Of a stretch of DNA of 47,931 nucleotides, positions 19,441-28,791 are shown one piece after another. Numbering within the stretch: the first letter of the stretch is position 1; each line of letters starts with the position of its first letter. The notes under the pieces were generated by a model. It saw only the letters and a list, made by a program, of their open reading frames with translations, had not been told where the DNA came from and made no database searches. The stretch is from Candidatus Levyibacteriota bacterium (GTDB lineage: Bacteria > Patescibacteriota > Microgenomatia > Levybacterales > UBA12049). Made by a program: the position numbers and the translations under genes. The DNA lies in NCBI GenBank assembly GCA_009695045.1, contig SIBS01000004.1, positions 1-47,931 of the forward strand, read 5' to 3'.

Positions 19441-20274
19441 TTAATTCTTGCGCTCCATTGTAAACCATTCTTTCAAAATTAGCCACAAGAAGATTATAAT
19501 CTTCCACTGCCTTTTAGCTCGCCAAGGCTGAATCATCAGGCGAAATAACCATTCCATGCCTATTTTACGAATAATTAATGGTGCCCTAGCTACGTTACCA
19601 CTTATATAATCAAATGATCCACCAACCGCCATCATCACCCTAACTGATAGATGCGGAAGATTTTTGACTATCCATTCTTCTTGTTTTGGAAAACCAAATG
19701 CTACGAATAAGATATCTATTGATCCTGATGATCCATAATTTTTCTCAACTAATAATTTACTATTAACTCTATTTAAATCTTGACTTTTGTTTTGAATTTT
19801 TATCGCCTGATTACGCATGCCAATATATTCACCAGTCTTAAATCCATCTCCTCCCCACTCCTGAGCTACAAAAACTATTCTAAGATTAGGGTAGTTATGA
19901 AGTAAGCGCTTCGCCGTCATCTCTGCTATTCCTGGTCCTCCACCCAATAAGCCTACCGTGATAGGCTTTTCGGATACCTCGCTACACAATTTTTCCATGA
20001 AATTAACCCCAGTAACCCTCTCTTTAAAGGGTTTTCCCAAAAATATGCCCGAAAGAAATACACCAACCCCGTCACACAATGAAATTCGTGCCTGATTGAG
20101 TATTTCCTTAAACGACTTATCATTGTTTGCATACACCAAAATTTCAGGATTTGGAGTTACAATATAAAACTTTTCTTGTGTTTTTTCAATTTTATCAATA
20201 ACATATTCTAGGATATAAGAACAATCTGCATTTGTAATTCCAACTTCTAATAATTTATTTTTTATTATAGACAT
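19441..20274 (-). CDS. WecB/TagA/CpsF-family glycosyltransferase
   Basis: IVTPNPE, CDGVG, RVTGV, FVAFGFPKQE, VGGSFD, RAP...GMEWLFRL..QPWR. Confidence 0.93.
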   Translation of the reverse strand: MSIIKNKLLEVGITNADCSYILEYVIDKIEKTQEKFYIVTPNPEILVYANNDKSFKEILNQARISLCDGVGVFLSGIFLGKPFKERVTGVNFMEKLCSEVSEKPITVGLLGGGPGIAEMTAKRLLHNYPNLRIVFVAQEWGGDGFKTGEYIGMRNQAIKIQNKSQDLNRVNSKLLVEKNYGSSGSIDILFVAFGFPKQEEWIVKNLPHLSVRVMMAVGGSFDYISGNVARAPLIIRKIGMEWLFRLMIQPWRAKRQWKIIIFLWLILKEWFTMERKN

Positions 20275-20526
20275 AATATTATTATAAGATATTTATTGCT
20301 ATCGTAGACGACGAATATATAAGCTCCTTGAACAAACTAAATACTCTTTTTTTAATCTCATTTATAATTTATTTCGCTAATTACTATGTATTTTTATCTT
20401 TTTACTATAAAACCATCAATTATTATATTAATTTTTATTATTTGTGAAAAGTATTGTATTTTTGTGAAAATTTATTAATTATAGGATTAAAAATTATATT
20501 ATTTATAATAATTTTTATTCATTTAT

Positions 20527-21576
20527 CTACTTACGAGAAATGCTTCTTTTATATAATTCTATATTCTCTAGTGCGACACCAGTTCCCCGAGCAACGCAAA
20601 GAAGAGGATCTTCGGCCACGTGACAAGGTACGCCTGTCACCTGCGTCATTAATTTATCAAAGTTTTTTAACGTAGATGTTCCGCCCGACATAACAATACC
20701 TTTATCAATAATATCACTAGCGAGCTCAGGAGGAGTTTGCTCTAGGACACCTCTTACTCCTTGAATAATATCCAGAAGCGTTGACCGTATTGCATCATTA
20801 ATTTGAATCTCATTTAACTCTATCATGCGAGGCATACCAGAAATACTATCTCTTCCCCTAATTTCCATTTTTTTCCATAATGATTCCTTATCCTCATCAG
20901 AAAGCTTAATTTTACCCTCATCAGAGATTACTGGCAACGCATTCCCAATCTCCATTTTTATTAATTCTGCGGTTCGCTCTCCAACTAGTAAATTAAATTT
21001 CTTCTTTATATAAAGCGCTATTGCCTCATCGACCTTGTTTCCTGCTACTCGAACAGAATTATGAACAACAACTCCACCAAGAGAAATCACAGCACACTCC
21101 GTAGATCCTCCTCCAATATCAACTATCATATGACCCGCAGCCTGAGCAATGGGTATCTTAGCTCCAATTGCAGCAGCCAATGGTTCTTCGATAAGATATG
21201 CTACCTTTGCCCCAGCAGACATGGTCGCATCTAGAACTGCTCTGCGCTCGACCTGTGTAACTCCCGACGGTATACAAATCATCACTTCCGGCTTGAAAAA
21301 ACGAGCCCTCCCGCAAGCCTTATCTATAAAATATGAAAGCATAGCTTCGGTAATTGTGTAATCTGCAATTACGCCATCTTTTAGTGGACGCAATGCTACG
21401 ATGTTTCCAGGCGTTCTGCCAAGCATTTCTTTTGCCTCCCTACCTACAGCTACTACTCGATTCTCTTCAGCTGTTACAGCCACAACGGTAGGCTCATTCA
21501 ATACTATTCCTTCACCCGCTAAATAAACTAATGTATTAGCAGTTCCAAGATCTATACCTATTCTTTTTGAAAACAT
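20527..21576 (-). CDS. mreB: Rod shape-determining protein MreB
   Basis: IGIDLGTANTLV, RPLKDGVIAD, EEPLAAAIGA, VDIGGG, TPPELASDI. Confidence 0.97.
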   Translation of the reverse strand: MFSKRIGIDLGTANTLVYLAGEGIVLNEPTVVAVTAEENRVVAVGREAKEMLGRTPGNIVALRPLKDGVIADYTITEAMLSYFIDKACGRARFFKPEVMICIPSGVTQVERRAVLDATMSAGAKVAYLIEEPLAAAIGAKIPIAQAAGHMIVDIGGGSTECAVISLGGVVVHNSVRVAGNKVDEAIALYIKKKFNLLVGERTAELIKMEIGNALPVISDEGKIKLSDEDKESLWKKMEIRGRDSISGMPRMIELNEIQINDAIRSTLLDIIQGVRGVLEQTPPELASDIIDKGIVMSGGTSTLKNFDKLMTQVTGVPCHVAEDPLLCVARGTGVALENIELYKRSISRK

Positions 21577-21784
21577 ATAAAATTATTTTTGTATTATGAT
21601 TTGAAATATTAATTTTAAATATATCAAAACATAACTTTACTATATCAATTTTTCTAATTAACCTTAGATAAATTTAATTATAAAGTGCCTTTAATCTTCT
21701 TGCAATAGTTATTTCTAATAGTATTAATAATGCTCTGAATATAATAATCATATAATTATATAAAATCTGATATAATGAATAGAG

Positions 21785-22963
21785 ATGAATAAGCACCTGC
21801 TCTATTCCTTTATTATTGTTGCGTCACTATTTACAATAACTACTTTAGTTTTTATTTACGGAAGAGGTTATAGGTTTAATTTTAATTTAAGCAAGCCAGA
21901 GGTAAATGGAACTGGGTTATTCGTAGCTACTAGTGAACCAGATGGTGCGCAAGTTTTTATAAATGGCCACCTTTCTACTGCCACCGACAACACAATTAAT
22001 TTAATGCCTGGAGATTACGATGTAAAAATATTTAAAGAAGGATATTTTCCTTGGACTAAAAAAATAAAAGTTCAAAAAGAAGTAGTAGCAAAAGCCGAAG
22101 CGCTCCTTTTGCCAGTGGCACCAAAATTAGAAAGCATTACTTCGATAGGCATATCTAATCCAGTTATTGATCCATCGATGATAAACATAGGATATACAGT
22201 ATCTAGTCAATCTGCGCGCAAAAATGGAGTATATGTACTAAATATGACTACTAGATTACTCACGCTGCAAAGTGCATCAACACAAATTGCTGACGACACG
22301 ATAGATACCTTTTCTTCTTCTTCTATTTTATGGTCTCCAAACGGACAAGAAATTTTAGCAACTACATCAGGTGGGACTATGTATATTCTAGAGAATACTA
22401 ACTCTACCCAGATTCCAAAAGACGTCAATAATACATTAACCATATTACAAGATACATGGAATACTGAACGAGCCGAAAAAGAACAAGCACGCATGTATGG
22501 GCTTAAATTATCACTTAAGAAAATGGTCATGGAGAATTTTCATATTCTTTCATGGTCACCTGACGAGACGAAGATCCTTTATCAAGCATCTTCGTCTGCA
22601 GGCCTACCTATAATCATAAGTCCTCGCCTTATTGGCACAAACTCCACGCCCGAAGAACGAAATATAAAACAAAAAAATATATATTTATATGATTTAAAAG
22701 AGGATAAAAATTATAAAATTAATGTCCAAGAAGAAGCATTAACCTCGCTAACTTGGCTTCCTGACTCAAAGCATATTCTTTATGTACAAGATAAAAAAAT
22801 ATTTATCGCAGATTACGACAGCACCAATGCAACAACTATCTACGCAGGGCCTTTTATTGGAAAATATGCATTCCCATGGCCAAACGGATCCAAGATAGTT
22901 ATCTTAACAAATCTTGGAAATCAACAGCTTGCTCCAAATCTCTACACAATTAGCCTAAAATAA
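21785..22963 (+). CDS. Membrane-anchored PEGA-domain protein with TolB/WD40-like propeller
   Basis: N-terminal TM; TSEPDGAQVFING...LMPGDYDVKIFKEGYFPW (PEGA); repeated WSPNG/WSPDE/WLPDS/WPNGS. Confidence 0.85.
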   Translation: MNKHLLYSFIIVASLFTITTLVFIYGRGYRFNFNLSKPEVNGTGLFVATSEPDGAQVFINGHLSTATDNTINLMPGDYDVKIFKEGYFPWTKKIKVQKEVVAKAEALLLPVAPKLESITSIGISNPVIDPSMINIGYTVSSQSARKNGVYVLNMTTRLLTLQSASTQIADDTIDTFSSSSILWSPNGQEILATTSGGTMYILENTNSTQIPKDVNNTLTILQDTWNTERAEKEQARMYGLKLSLKKMVMENFHILSWSPDETKILYQASSSAGLPIIISPRLIGTNSTPEERNIKQKNIYLYDLKEDKNYKINVQEEALTSLTWLPDSKHILYVQDKKIFIADYDSTNATTIYAGPFIGKYAFPWPNGSKIVILTNLGNQQLAPNLYTISLK

Positions 22964-23026
22964 TATTTAGCCCACGGTATTTAACTTATCATGTCATAAT
23001 TTCAATTATAACTATTTAGATAGTTT

Positions 23027-23722
23027 CTATTTCGGCCTCGCAATAACAATAAGCCTTTTCCATGTTGTACCAGGTGGCCAGCAGGTCTGCATGATGAGCG
23101 ACTCTTCCTTCTTATTCTGACTATTTATAAGATAAGATGTATCTAGGGCCTCAATCACCCTTGAATCAACTACGATATAATTGTGACGGATATTCTCAAA
23201 GAAAATGGACACTTCATCTCCAGCAGTCATGTCTTTGAGTAGATAAAATTGCGAATTATATCTGCCTACATTCCAAAAATTATCAGTTGAATGTGCAAAT
23301 AAATAAATATTTCCCTTCATTCCTGGAAAAATCGACCCCCTTGCATGAGCGATACCTTTTTGCAAGATAGGCAAAAAATCAGCCTCACTTGATGAGTCCA
23401 CATTCGGAAATATTTTTGTATTTATGCCAATTTTAGGAATAACAATACTAAAATTAGTATCTACTGGAATAAGTATTCTAATGCCTTGATCATTTTTTGG
23501 CAATTTTGATGTTGTAATTTTTTTATTTATTTTACCAAACTCTGAAGGAGTATCGATTTCAATAATCTCATATTTAATCCCCTGTAATTTTTCCAGCCTA
23601 AAACTAATTTCATAAAAAAGTGTTGGACCAAGAGTAGCAATTATTCCAAATATAGAAAAGATTACCAAAAAATTTCCAATAATTCGCAGGATTATGAACT
23701 TAATATTTTTTTTATTAGTCAC
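23027..23722 (-). CDS. Sortase
   Basis: N-terminal TM, IPKIGI, LFAHS (His), MQTCWPPGTTWKRLIV (Cys/Arg catalytic motif). Confidence 0.9.
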   Translation of the reverse strand: MTNKKNIKFIILRIIGNFLVIFSIFGIIATLGPTLFYEISFRLEKLQGIKYEIIEIDTPSEFGKINKKITTSKLPKNDQGIRILIPVDTNFSIVIPKIGINTKIFPNVDSSSEADFLPILQKGIAHARGSIFPGMKGNIYLFAHSTDNFWNVGRYNSQFYLLKDMTAGDEVSIFFENIRHNYIVVDSRVIEALDTSYLINSQNKKEESLIMQTCWPPGTTWKRLIVIARPK

Positions 23723-23764
23723 TCAATAATCCTATTAGGTTTTATGATAAAATACAAATTAGAA

Positions 23765-23837
23765 GTCCTCGTAGCTCAATGGATTGAGCAGTCCCGTCCT
23801 AAGGGAAAGATTGGAGGTTCGACTCCTCCCGAGGACA
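23765..23837 (+). tRNA. tRNA-Arg (anticodon CCT), CCA end not encoded
   Basis: Acceptor stem GTCCTCG/CGAGGAC, D arm GCTC/GAGC, anticodon loop GTCCTAA, T arm GGAGG-TTCGACT-CCTCC. Confidence 0.95.
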
Positions 23838-23921
23838 CAGCGATAGGTTAATTAGGTAAGAAATGTATTAGATTATACCTTTTATAATCTATATTTCTAT
23901 AATCAATATCCTCTTTCTAAG

Positions 23922-25823
23922 TTAGTCATTGTAATGTCCAGCAATTATTTTATTTGCCATTTCTATTAATTCATTATATCCACCCCATGCCCTAGTATCT
24001 CCACGCAAATCTTTGATATGATGGTCATCAAAGCCTAATAATTCTCCCTTATCTTTAGAAATATCAACTCGTTTAATATCATTCTTTTCTTTAAACTCTT
24101 TAACAGCTAATGTCGGATCCCCATCATAAAAAATTAAATGCTTTGGCTCCTTTTGAGGATTTTCAATAAAATATTTCTTCCAATATTCTTCTGACAAAAC
24201 AGTATTTTCTGCTCTTTTCCAATTTGCACCGATTTCTCTAAGTATTTTAAGTGCCCCATCTCTTTTAGAATCTCCAAAACCAATAATGCCATCCCGTTTA
24301 AATTTATTAATACCATCAAATTTATCATACAGATAACACGCAATGCTCATTGCGGGACCCTCAATGAGACCGAGTCCAATAATCTCTTTTTTAATAATTT
24401 CAATCTTGGTTTTCCTTTCTGATTTATTATCTCCAGATTCTTTATGTGATTGAACTATGGGTGATTCAATATTAAGATCCTCTATCCATTTTATAAAAGA
24501 AGAAACGATTTTTTTATCTTCTACCATCACTTTTTTTTCTTCACCATCTATAGTCTTTATTTCATAAGCATATACTGATCCTGTTTCTGGATCAACAGGA
24601 GTATTTTTAGGTAAAAATACTAATCCAGTATCTATATAGATTCCTGAATTATCTAACAATGAGGGCCAAATAAAAACATCGTTCCATTTTGTTTCGCTCT
24701 GTGGTTTAGTAAAATCTTTCTCCCAACCATTGAAGGCAAAATTGTGTTGTGAGACCAAAACATCAGTGGGATACAAGAAAAAAACTTCATTATTTGATTC
24801 TCCACCATAATAACTATCGGCAACAGTCTGAGCGGCAAAGTGAATAGCTGTCTTATCTGGATATAATGGAGCAGCAGCAGTTGTAAAATTTAATTGAGCA
24901 ATTAATCTCTGCACTGCTTCATCCTTACTCTCTGCTTTTAAAACCCAATTGTCAAGAAATTTTCTCACAGATTCCTCATCTCTTCCGCGCAATCCATCTG
25001 CGCCAATACTCATTGGCGGACGCAATATTTTATCATCATCCAAAACGCTCATAAATCCGTTATGGAATTCCTGAAGCCCAGATGAATGAGAAGTCATTCC
25101 ATTGTGATCTCTAAAACCTTGTCGCGTAACATGCGAGAGGAAATACGGATTTAATCTACGCCATAAAGCTATGTATTCTTCCGTTGAAAGATTTTTGAGA
25201 AATTCTGGCTTTAACAATTCCTTCTTTTCTTCATTCGTTAAGGGAGTTATTTTCATTTTTTCATAAAACCCTTTGAGCAACTCCCTGTTATTTGGTATCT
25301 CTTTCTTTTGAGACTCTAATTTTTCTAGCTTTTCTTTTTCTTCATAAATCTGTCTGAATAGAGAATTATCTTTTAATTCTATGGATTCTAATTCTTTTTC
25401 TAATTCAGAAATCATCTTATCTTTAATACCGAAAATGCTCTTAAGTCTAACAAATATTCCCATCTTTTCTTTCTTAAGCATTATGGATTTTTCTTCTCTC
25501 AATTGATTCAATTTTATTTTCTGCTCTTCAAACTGTGAGACATTATTTCCTCCATTACCAATGCCTGCTTTAATGTCTTGAGATTTTGTCCTATTTTCAG
25601 AAATTAAAATTGCCATATCATCTCTTCCTTTTTGATTATATTTTTTTGAAATAAAATATGGATCCAATAACTCTTGTCTTATAATATCAATTGAATTACT
25701 AGGCATAGATTGAGCATTAGATGGATCAATTTCCTCAATTTTATTTTCTAGAACAGGGGTGATCAAATTTTTCGGCAATTCACTTTTGCTACCATCTCCA
25801 TCCATCTTAAAAACTTCAGTCAT
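23922..25823 (-). CDS. Large hypothetical protein: N-terminal coiled coil plus globular domain with HVTRQGFRDH motif
   Basis: 633-aa ORF; E/K-rich coiled-coil-like segment at about aa 95-200; leaderless-type promoter upstream. Confidence 0.75.
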   Translation of the reverse strand: MTEVFKMDGDGSKSELPKNLITPVLENKIEEIDPSNAQSMPSNSIDIIRQELLDPYFISKKYNQKGRDDMAILISENRTKSQDIKAGIGNGGNNVSQFEEQKIKLNQLREEKSIMLKKEKMGIFVRLKSIFGIKDKMISELEKELESIELKDNSLFRQIYEEKEKLEKLESQKKEIPNNRELLKGFYEKMKITPLTNEEKKELLKPEFLKNLSTEEYIALWRRLNPYFLSHVTRQGFRDHNGMTSHSSGLQEFHNGFMSVLDDDKILRPPMSIGADGLRGRDEESVRKFLDNWVLKAESKDEAVQRLIAQLNFTTAAAPLYPDKTAIHFAAQTVADSYYGGESNNEVFFLYPTDVLVSQHNFAFNGWEKDFTKPQSETKWNDVFIWPSLLDNSGIYIDTGLVFLPKNTPVDPETGSVYAYEIKTIDGEEKKVMVEDKKIVSSFIKWIEDLNIESPIVQSHKESGDNKSERKTKIEIIKKEIIGLGLIEGPAMSIACYLYDKFDGINKFKRDGIIGFGDSKRDGALKILREIGANWKRAENTVLSEEYWKKYFIENPQKEPKHLIFYDGDPTLAVKEFKEKNDIKRVDISKDKGELLGFDDHHIKDLRGDTRAWGGYNELIEMANKIIAGHYND

Positions 25824-25929
25824 GATATTATTATCACATTTTTAATTATCAATAATCAATACTTAGCATAAAATTACATTTCAAATTTTAGTACTTTATT
25901 TTTGTCTCAATTGATATTAAAATAAAAAT

Positions 25930-26598
25930 GTGACTAAAAAAACAATAATAATTTGTATAGGCGTAATGGCATTCTTAATTGGTGGATTATATCTATTGAT
26001 TATTTACTCCGATTTACCCGAAAATACATCATCTGGTGAAAATATTGCTCCAAAAATATCTGATACCGACAATATTAGACAGGATGAATCTGTTAAGAGT
26101 GGGTCTATTTCAGCCAGTGTCACATTGATTGAATATGGAGATTTTCAATGCCCAGCATGTAGTAAATACCATTTTATTCTTAAACAATTGGAAGAAAATT
26201 TCAAAAAAGAATTAAAAGTGGTATTTAGACATTTTCCACTAACAAATATTCATAAAAATGCAATGCTAGCAGCGCAATCTGCGCACGCAGCAGGATTGCA
26301 AAATAAATTCTGGGAGATGCATGATTTAATTTTTGAAAATCAAGATAAATGGAGCGATACTGATCCAATTGTAACATTTATTGAATATGCGAATGCGCTT
26401 AATATGGACACAAAAAAATTTGTAGAAGATATGCAGGCAGAATCAACAAAGAAATTCATATTAGACCAACAACTTAAGGGGTCTACTGCTGGAGTAATGT
26501 CTACTCCATCCTTTTTCTTAAATGAAAAACTTATTGAATCCCCAAGTGATTACGAAGAATTTAAAAAGATTATCCAAGATGAAATTAACAAAAAATAA
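25930..26598 (+). CDS. DsbA-family thiol-disulfide oxidoreductase, membrane anchored
   Basis: EYGDFQCPAC, FRHFPL, KFWEMHDLIF, STPSFFLN. Confidence 0.92.
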   Translation: MTKKTIIICIGVMAFLIGGLYLLIIYSDLPENTSSGENIAPKISDTDNIRQDESVKSGSISASVTLIEYGDFQCPACSKYHFILKQLEENFKKELKVVFRHFPLTNIHKNAMLAAQSAHAAGLQNKFWEMHDLIFENQDKWSDTDPIVTFIEYANALNMDTKKFVEDMQAESTKKFILDQQLKGSTAGVMSTPSFFLNEKLIESPSDYEEFKKIIQDEINKK

Positions 26599-26977
26599 AA
26601 TACTTCTCCTACTACTATCTATTGCAGGGTTTTTTGATAGCAGCTATCTTACAATACTTCACTATAAAAATATAATTCCACCATGCAGCATGGCAAAAGG
26701 TTGCGAAACGGTATTAAATAGTCAATTTTCAACAATTTTATCTATTCCAATTGCGCTTATAGGTAGTCTATATTTCTTATCGCTGATATTTATAAATATT
26801 CTCGGATCCTATCATTATCTTAAAATCTTATCCTTTTTAGGAGTCTTAATTTCTATTATTTTATTTCTAATACAAGCAGTCATATTACGTGCTTTTTGTC
26901 AATATTGCATACTTTCTGAAGTAATTATATTAATTATTTTTATATTAAGTTATCGATTCCGTTCTTCTTCTACGTAG
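26579..26977 (+). CDS. Vitamin K epoxide reductase (VKOR) family protein
   Basis: C...GCETVLNSQFS, TM helices, FCQYC active site. ATG 26579 overlaps the end of dsbA. Confidence 0.9.
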   Translation: MKLTKNKILLLLLSIAGFFDSSYLTILHYKNIIPPCSMAKGCETVLNSQFSTILSIPIALIGSLYFLSLIFINILGSYHYLKILSFLGVLISIILFLIQAVILRAFCQYCILSEVIILIIFILSYRFRSSST

Positions 26978-27417
26978 ATACTGGAGAGATCCATCTTGTC
27001 CCACATAAAAATTTCATCATTTTTAAATATAAGCGATGATTCTTTATCTGCATTAACTGAATCCTCTGATGCATGAATAAGATTATATTGCTGACTCATT
27101 CCAAAATCACCACGAATAGTGCCTGGTTCTGCATCTCTAGACTTTGTTACCCCTATCATCTTGCGAATAGCTGATGTTGCCTCTAATCCTTCCCAAAGCA
27201 TAGCAATAACTGGATATGACTGCATATAGCTTTTTAGGCTTGGAAAAAATGGCCTGTCTTTATGATGAATATACCATTCGTCCAGGAGAACATCGGAAAG
27301 AGAAACCATCTTGAGACCAACAAGCTTAAGCCCCTTACGCTCGAATCTATGCAAAATCTCACCGATTAGACCTCTTTGTAATCCATCTGGCTTTACCAAT
27401 ACAACACTTCTTTCCAT
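26950..27417 (-). CDS. ndk: Nucleoside diphosphate kinase
   Basis: VKPDGLQRGLIGEI, PGTIRGDFG, NLIHAS. Confidence 0.96.
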   Translation of the reverse strand: MERSVVLVKPDGLQRGLIGEILHRFERKGLKLVGLKMVSLSDVLLDEWYIHHKDRPFFPSLKSYMQSYPVIAMLWEGLEATSAIRKMIGVTKSRDAEPGTIRGDFGMSQQYNLIHASEDSVNADKESSLIFKNDEIFMWDKMDLSSIYVEEERNR

Positions 27418-27428
27418 AATATATCTAT

Positions 27429-28703
27429 TTAAATTTCTAACAATTTTTCAAACGGCTTTTTATTCTCAAAGTTACCTATAATTGCAAGATTCAATCCATT
27501 TTTTACCATATACTTCTTGGCGACATTAACGACTTGATCAATAGTAACCTTATCTATTTCTATCAAAATTTTATCTGGATTGTCAATCTTATCTTCTAAC
27601 AATTCTTGATTTGCATAAAAACCAGCAACAGATCTACTATCCTCCAATTCCAAAACTAAATGACCCTTAAGATATTCTTTTGCTTTTTTTAATTCTTCCT
27701 TTGTTATCCCATGATTATCGCTTTTAATTTTCTTATATTCAGCAACTATTACCTCTACTGCTTGCTCTGTTCTTTTTGAATCAACTCCTGCAACAGAAAC
27801 CAGGCTTCCACAATCCTGATAATGATCCGATGAAGTTCTAACATAATATGCTAAGCCACGTTTTTCTCTTACTTCATGAAATAATCGACTACTCATTCCA
27901 CCACCCAGAATAGCAGAAAGCAAAGATAACGAATAACGATCCTCATGCATTGCTTGCACGGTCCTAACTCCTAATGCAATATGCACCTGCTCCGTTGTCT
28001 TATGTTTTATCATAACTTCTGGTTTTTTCTGCTCTTCTATTATCTTAATATATCCCTTTGTCTCAAACTTATCCATTTTCCCGAAATATTTTTCTACTAG
28101 TCCATTTATTTTTTTATTATCAAATCCACCAGCAACAATTACAACGATATTACTTGCTGAATAAAGACTCTTCAAGTATTCAAGGAAATCCTCTCTTGTA
28201 ATTTTATTGATGACATCTTTTTCTCCCGCAATATCCCATCCCATTGGGGTATCTCCATATAGCAATTTTTCATATATATCTCCAATTTTTCTTACCGGTG
28301 TATCTTCATATAGATTAATTTCCTCCAAGATAACACCTCTTTCTTTATCTATTTCTCGATTATCAAATAATGAATTCTTAAGCATGTCTGACAAAACATC
28401 TAATGAAAGATCGACATGAGTTGATAAAGATTTTATGTAGTATCCAGTTGCTTCTTTGCCAGTAAATGCATTTATTTCTCCACCAATTCCGTCAACAAGT
28501 GAAGCTATATCCATTGCACTTGGTCTTTTTTTTGTTCCCTTGAATGCCATATGCTCTAAGAAATGAGATATGCCACTATTTTTTTCTACCTCGTACCGAC
28601 TACCAGCACCAACCATTACCATTACCGTAGCGCTTTCAAAAGACTTCATTGGAATAGTAATGAGGCGTATTCCATTTGACAGAACTTGACGATTGTAAAT
28701 CAT
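27429..28703 (-). CDS. M16-family (pitrilysin/insulinase) zinc peptidase
   Basis: Inverted zincin motif HFLEH, NAFT, LGGGMSSRLFHEVREKRGLAY. Confidence 0.94.
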   Translation of the reverse strand: MIYNRQVLSNGIRLITIPMKSFESATVMVMVGAGSRYEVEKNSGISHFLEHMAFKGTKKRPSAMDIASLVDGIGGEINAFTGKEATGYYIKSLSTHVDLSLDVLSDMLKNSLFDNREIDKERGVILEEINLYEDTPVRKIGDIYEKLLYGDTPMGWDIAGEKDVINKITREDFLEYLKSLYSASNIVVIVAGGFDNKKINGLVEKYFGKMDKFETKGYIKIIEEQKKPEVMIKHKTTEQVHIALGVRTVQAMHEDRYSLSLLSAILGGGMSSRLFHEVREKRGLAYYVRTSSDHYQDCGSLVSVAGVDSKRTEQAVEVIVAEYKKIKSDNHGITKEELKKAKEYLKGHLVLELEDSRSVAGFYANQELLEDKIDNPDKILIEIDKVTIDQVVNVAKKYMVKNGLNLAIIGNFENKKPFEKLLEI

Positions 28704-28791
28704 AAGACAATTATTATAACACTACTCTATTTATTTTGCCAAGCGAAAAATATAATATTTATATAAATAAAAAGGCGTATCCAATCTTAAA

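Noticed and set aside
23765-25823. Genomic island integrated at tRNA-Arg
   Set aside because: No duplicated tRNA 3' end was noticed and no integrase is adjacent; only a single accessory gene.
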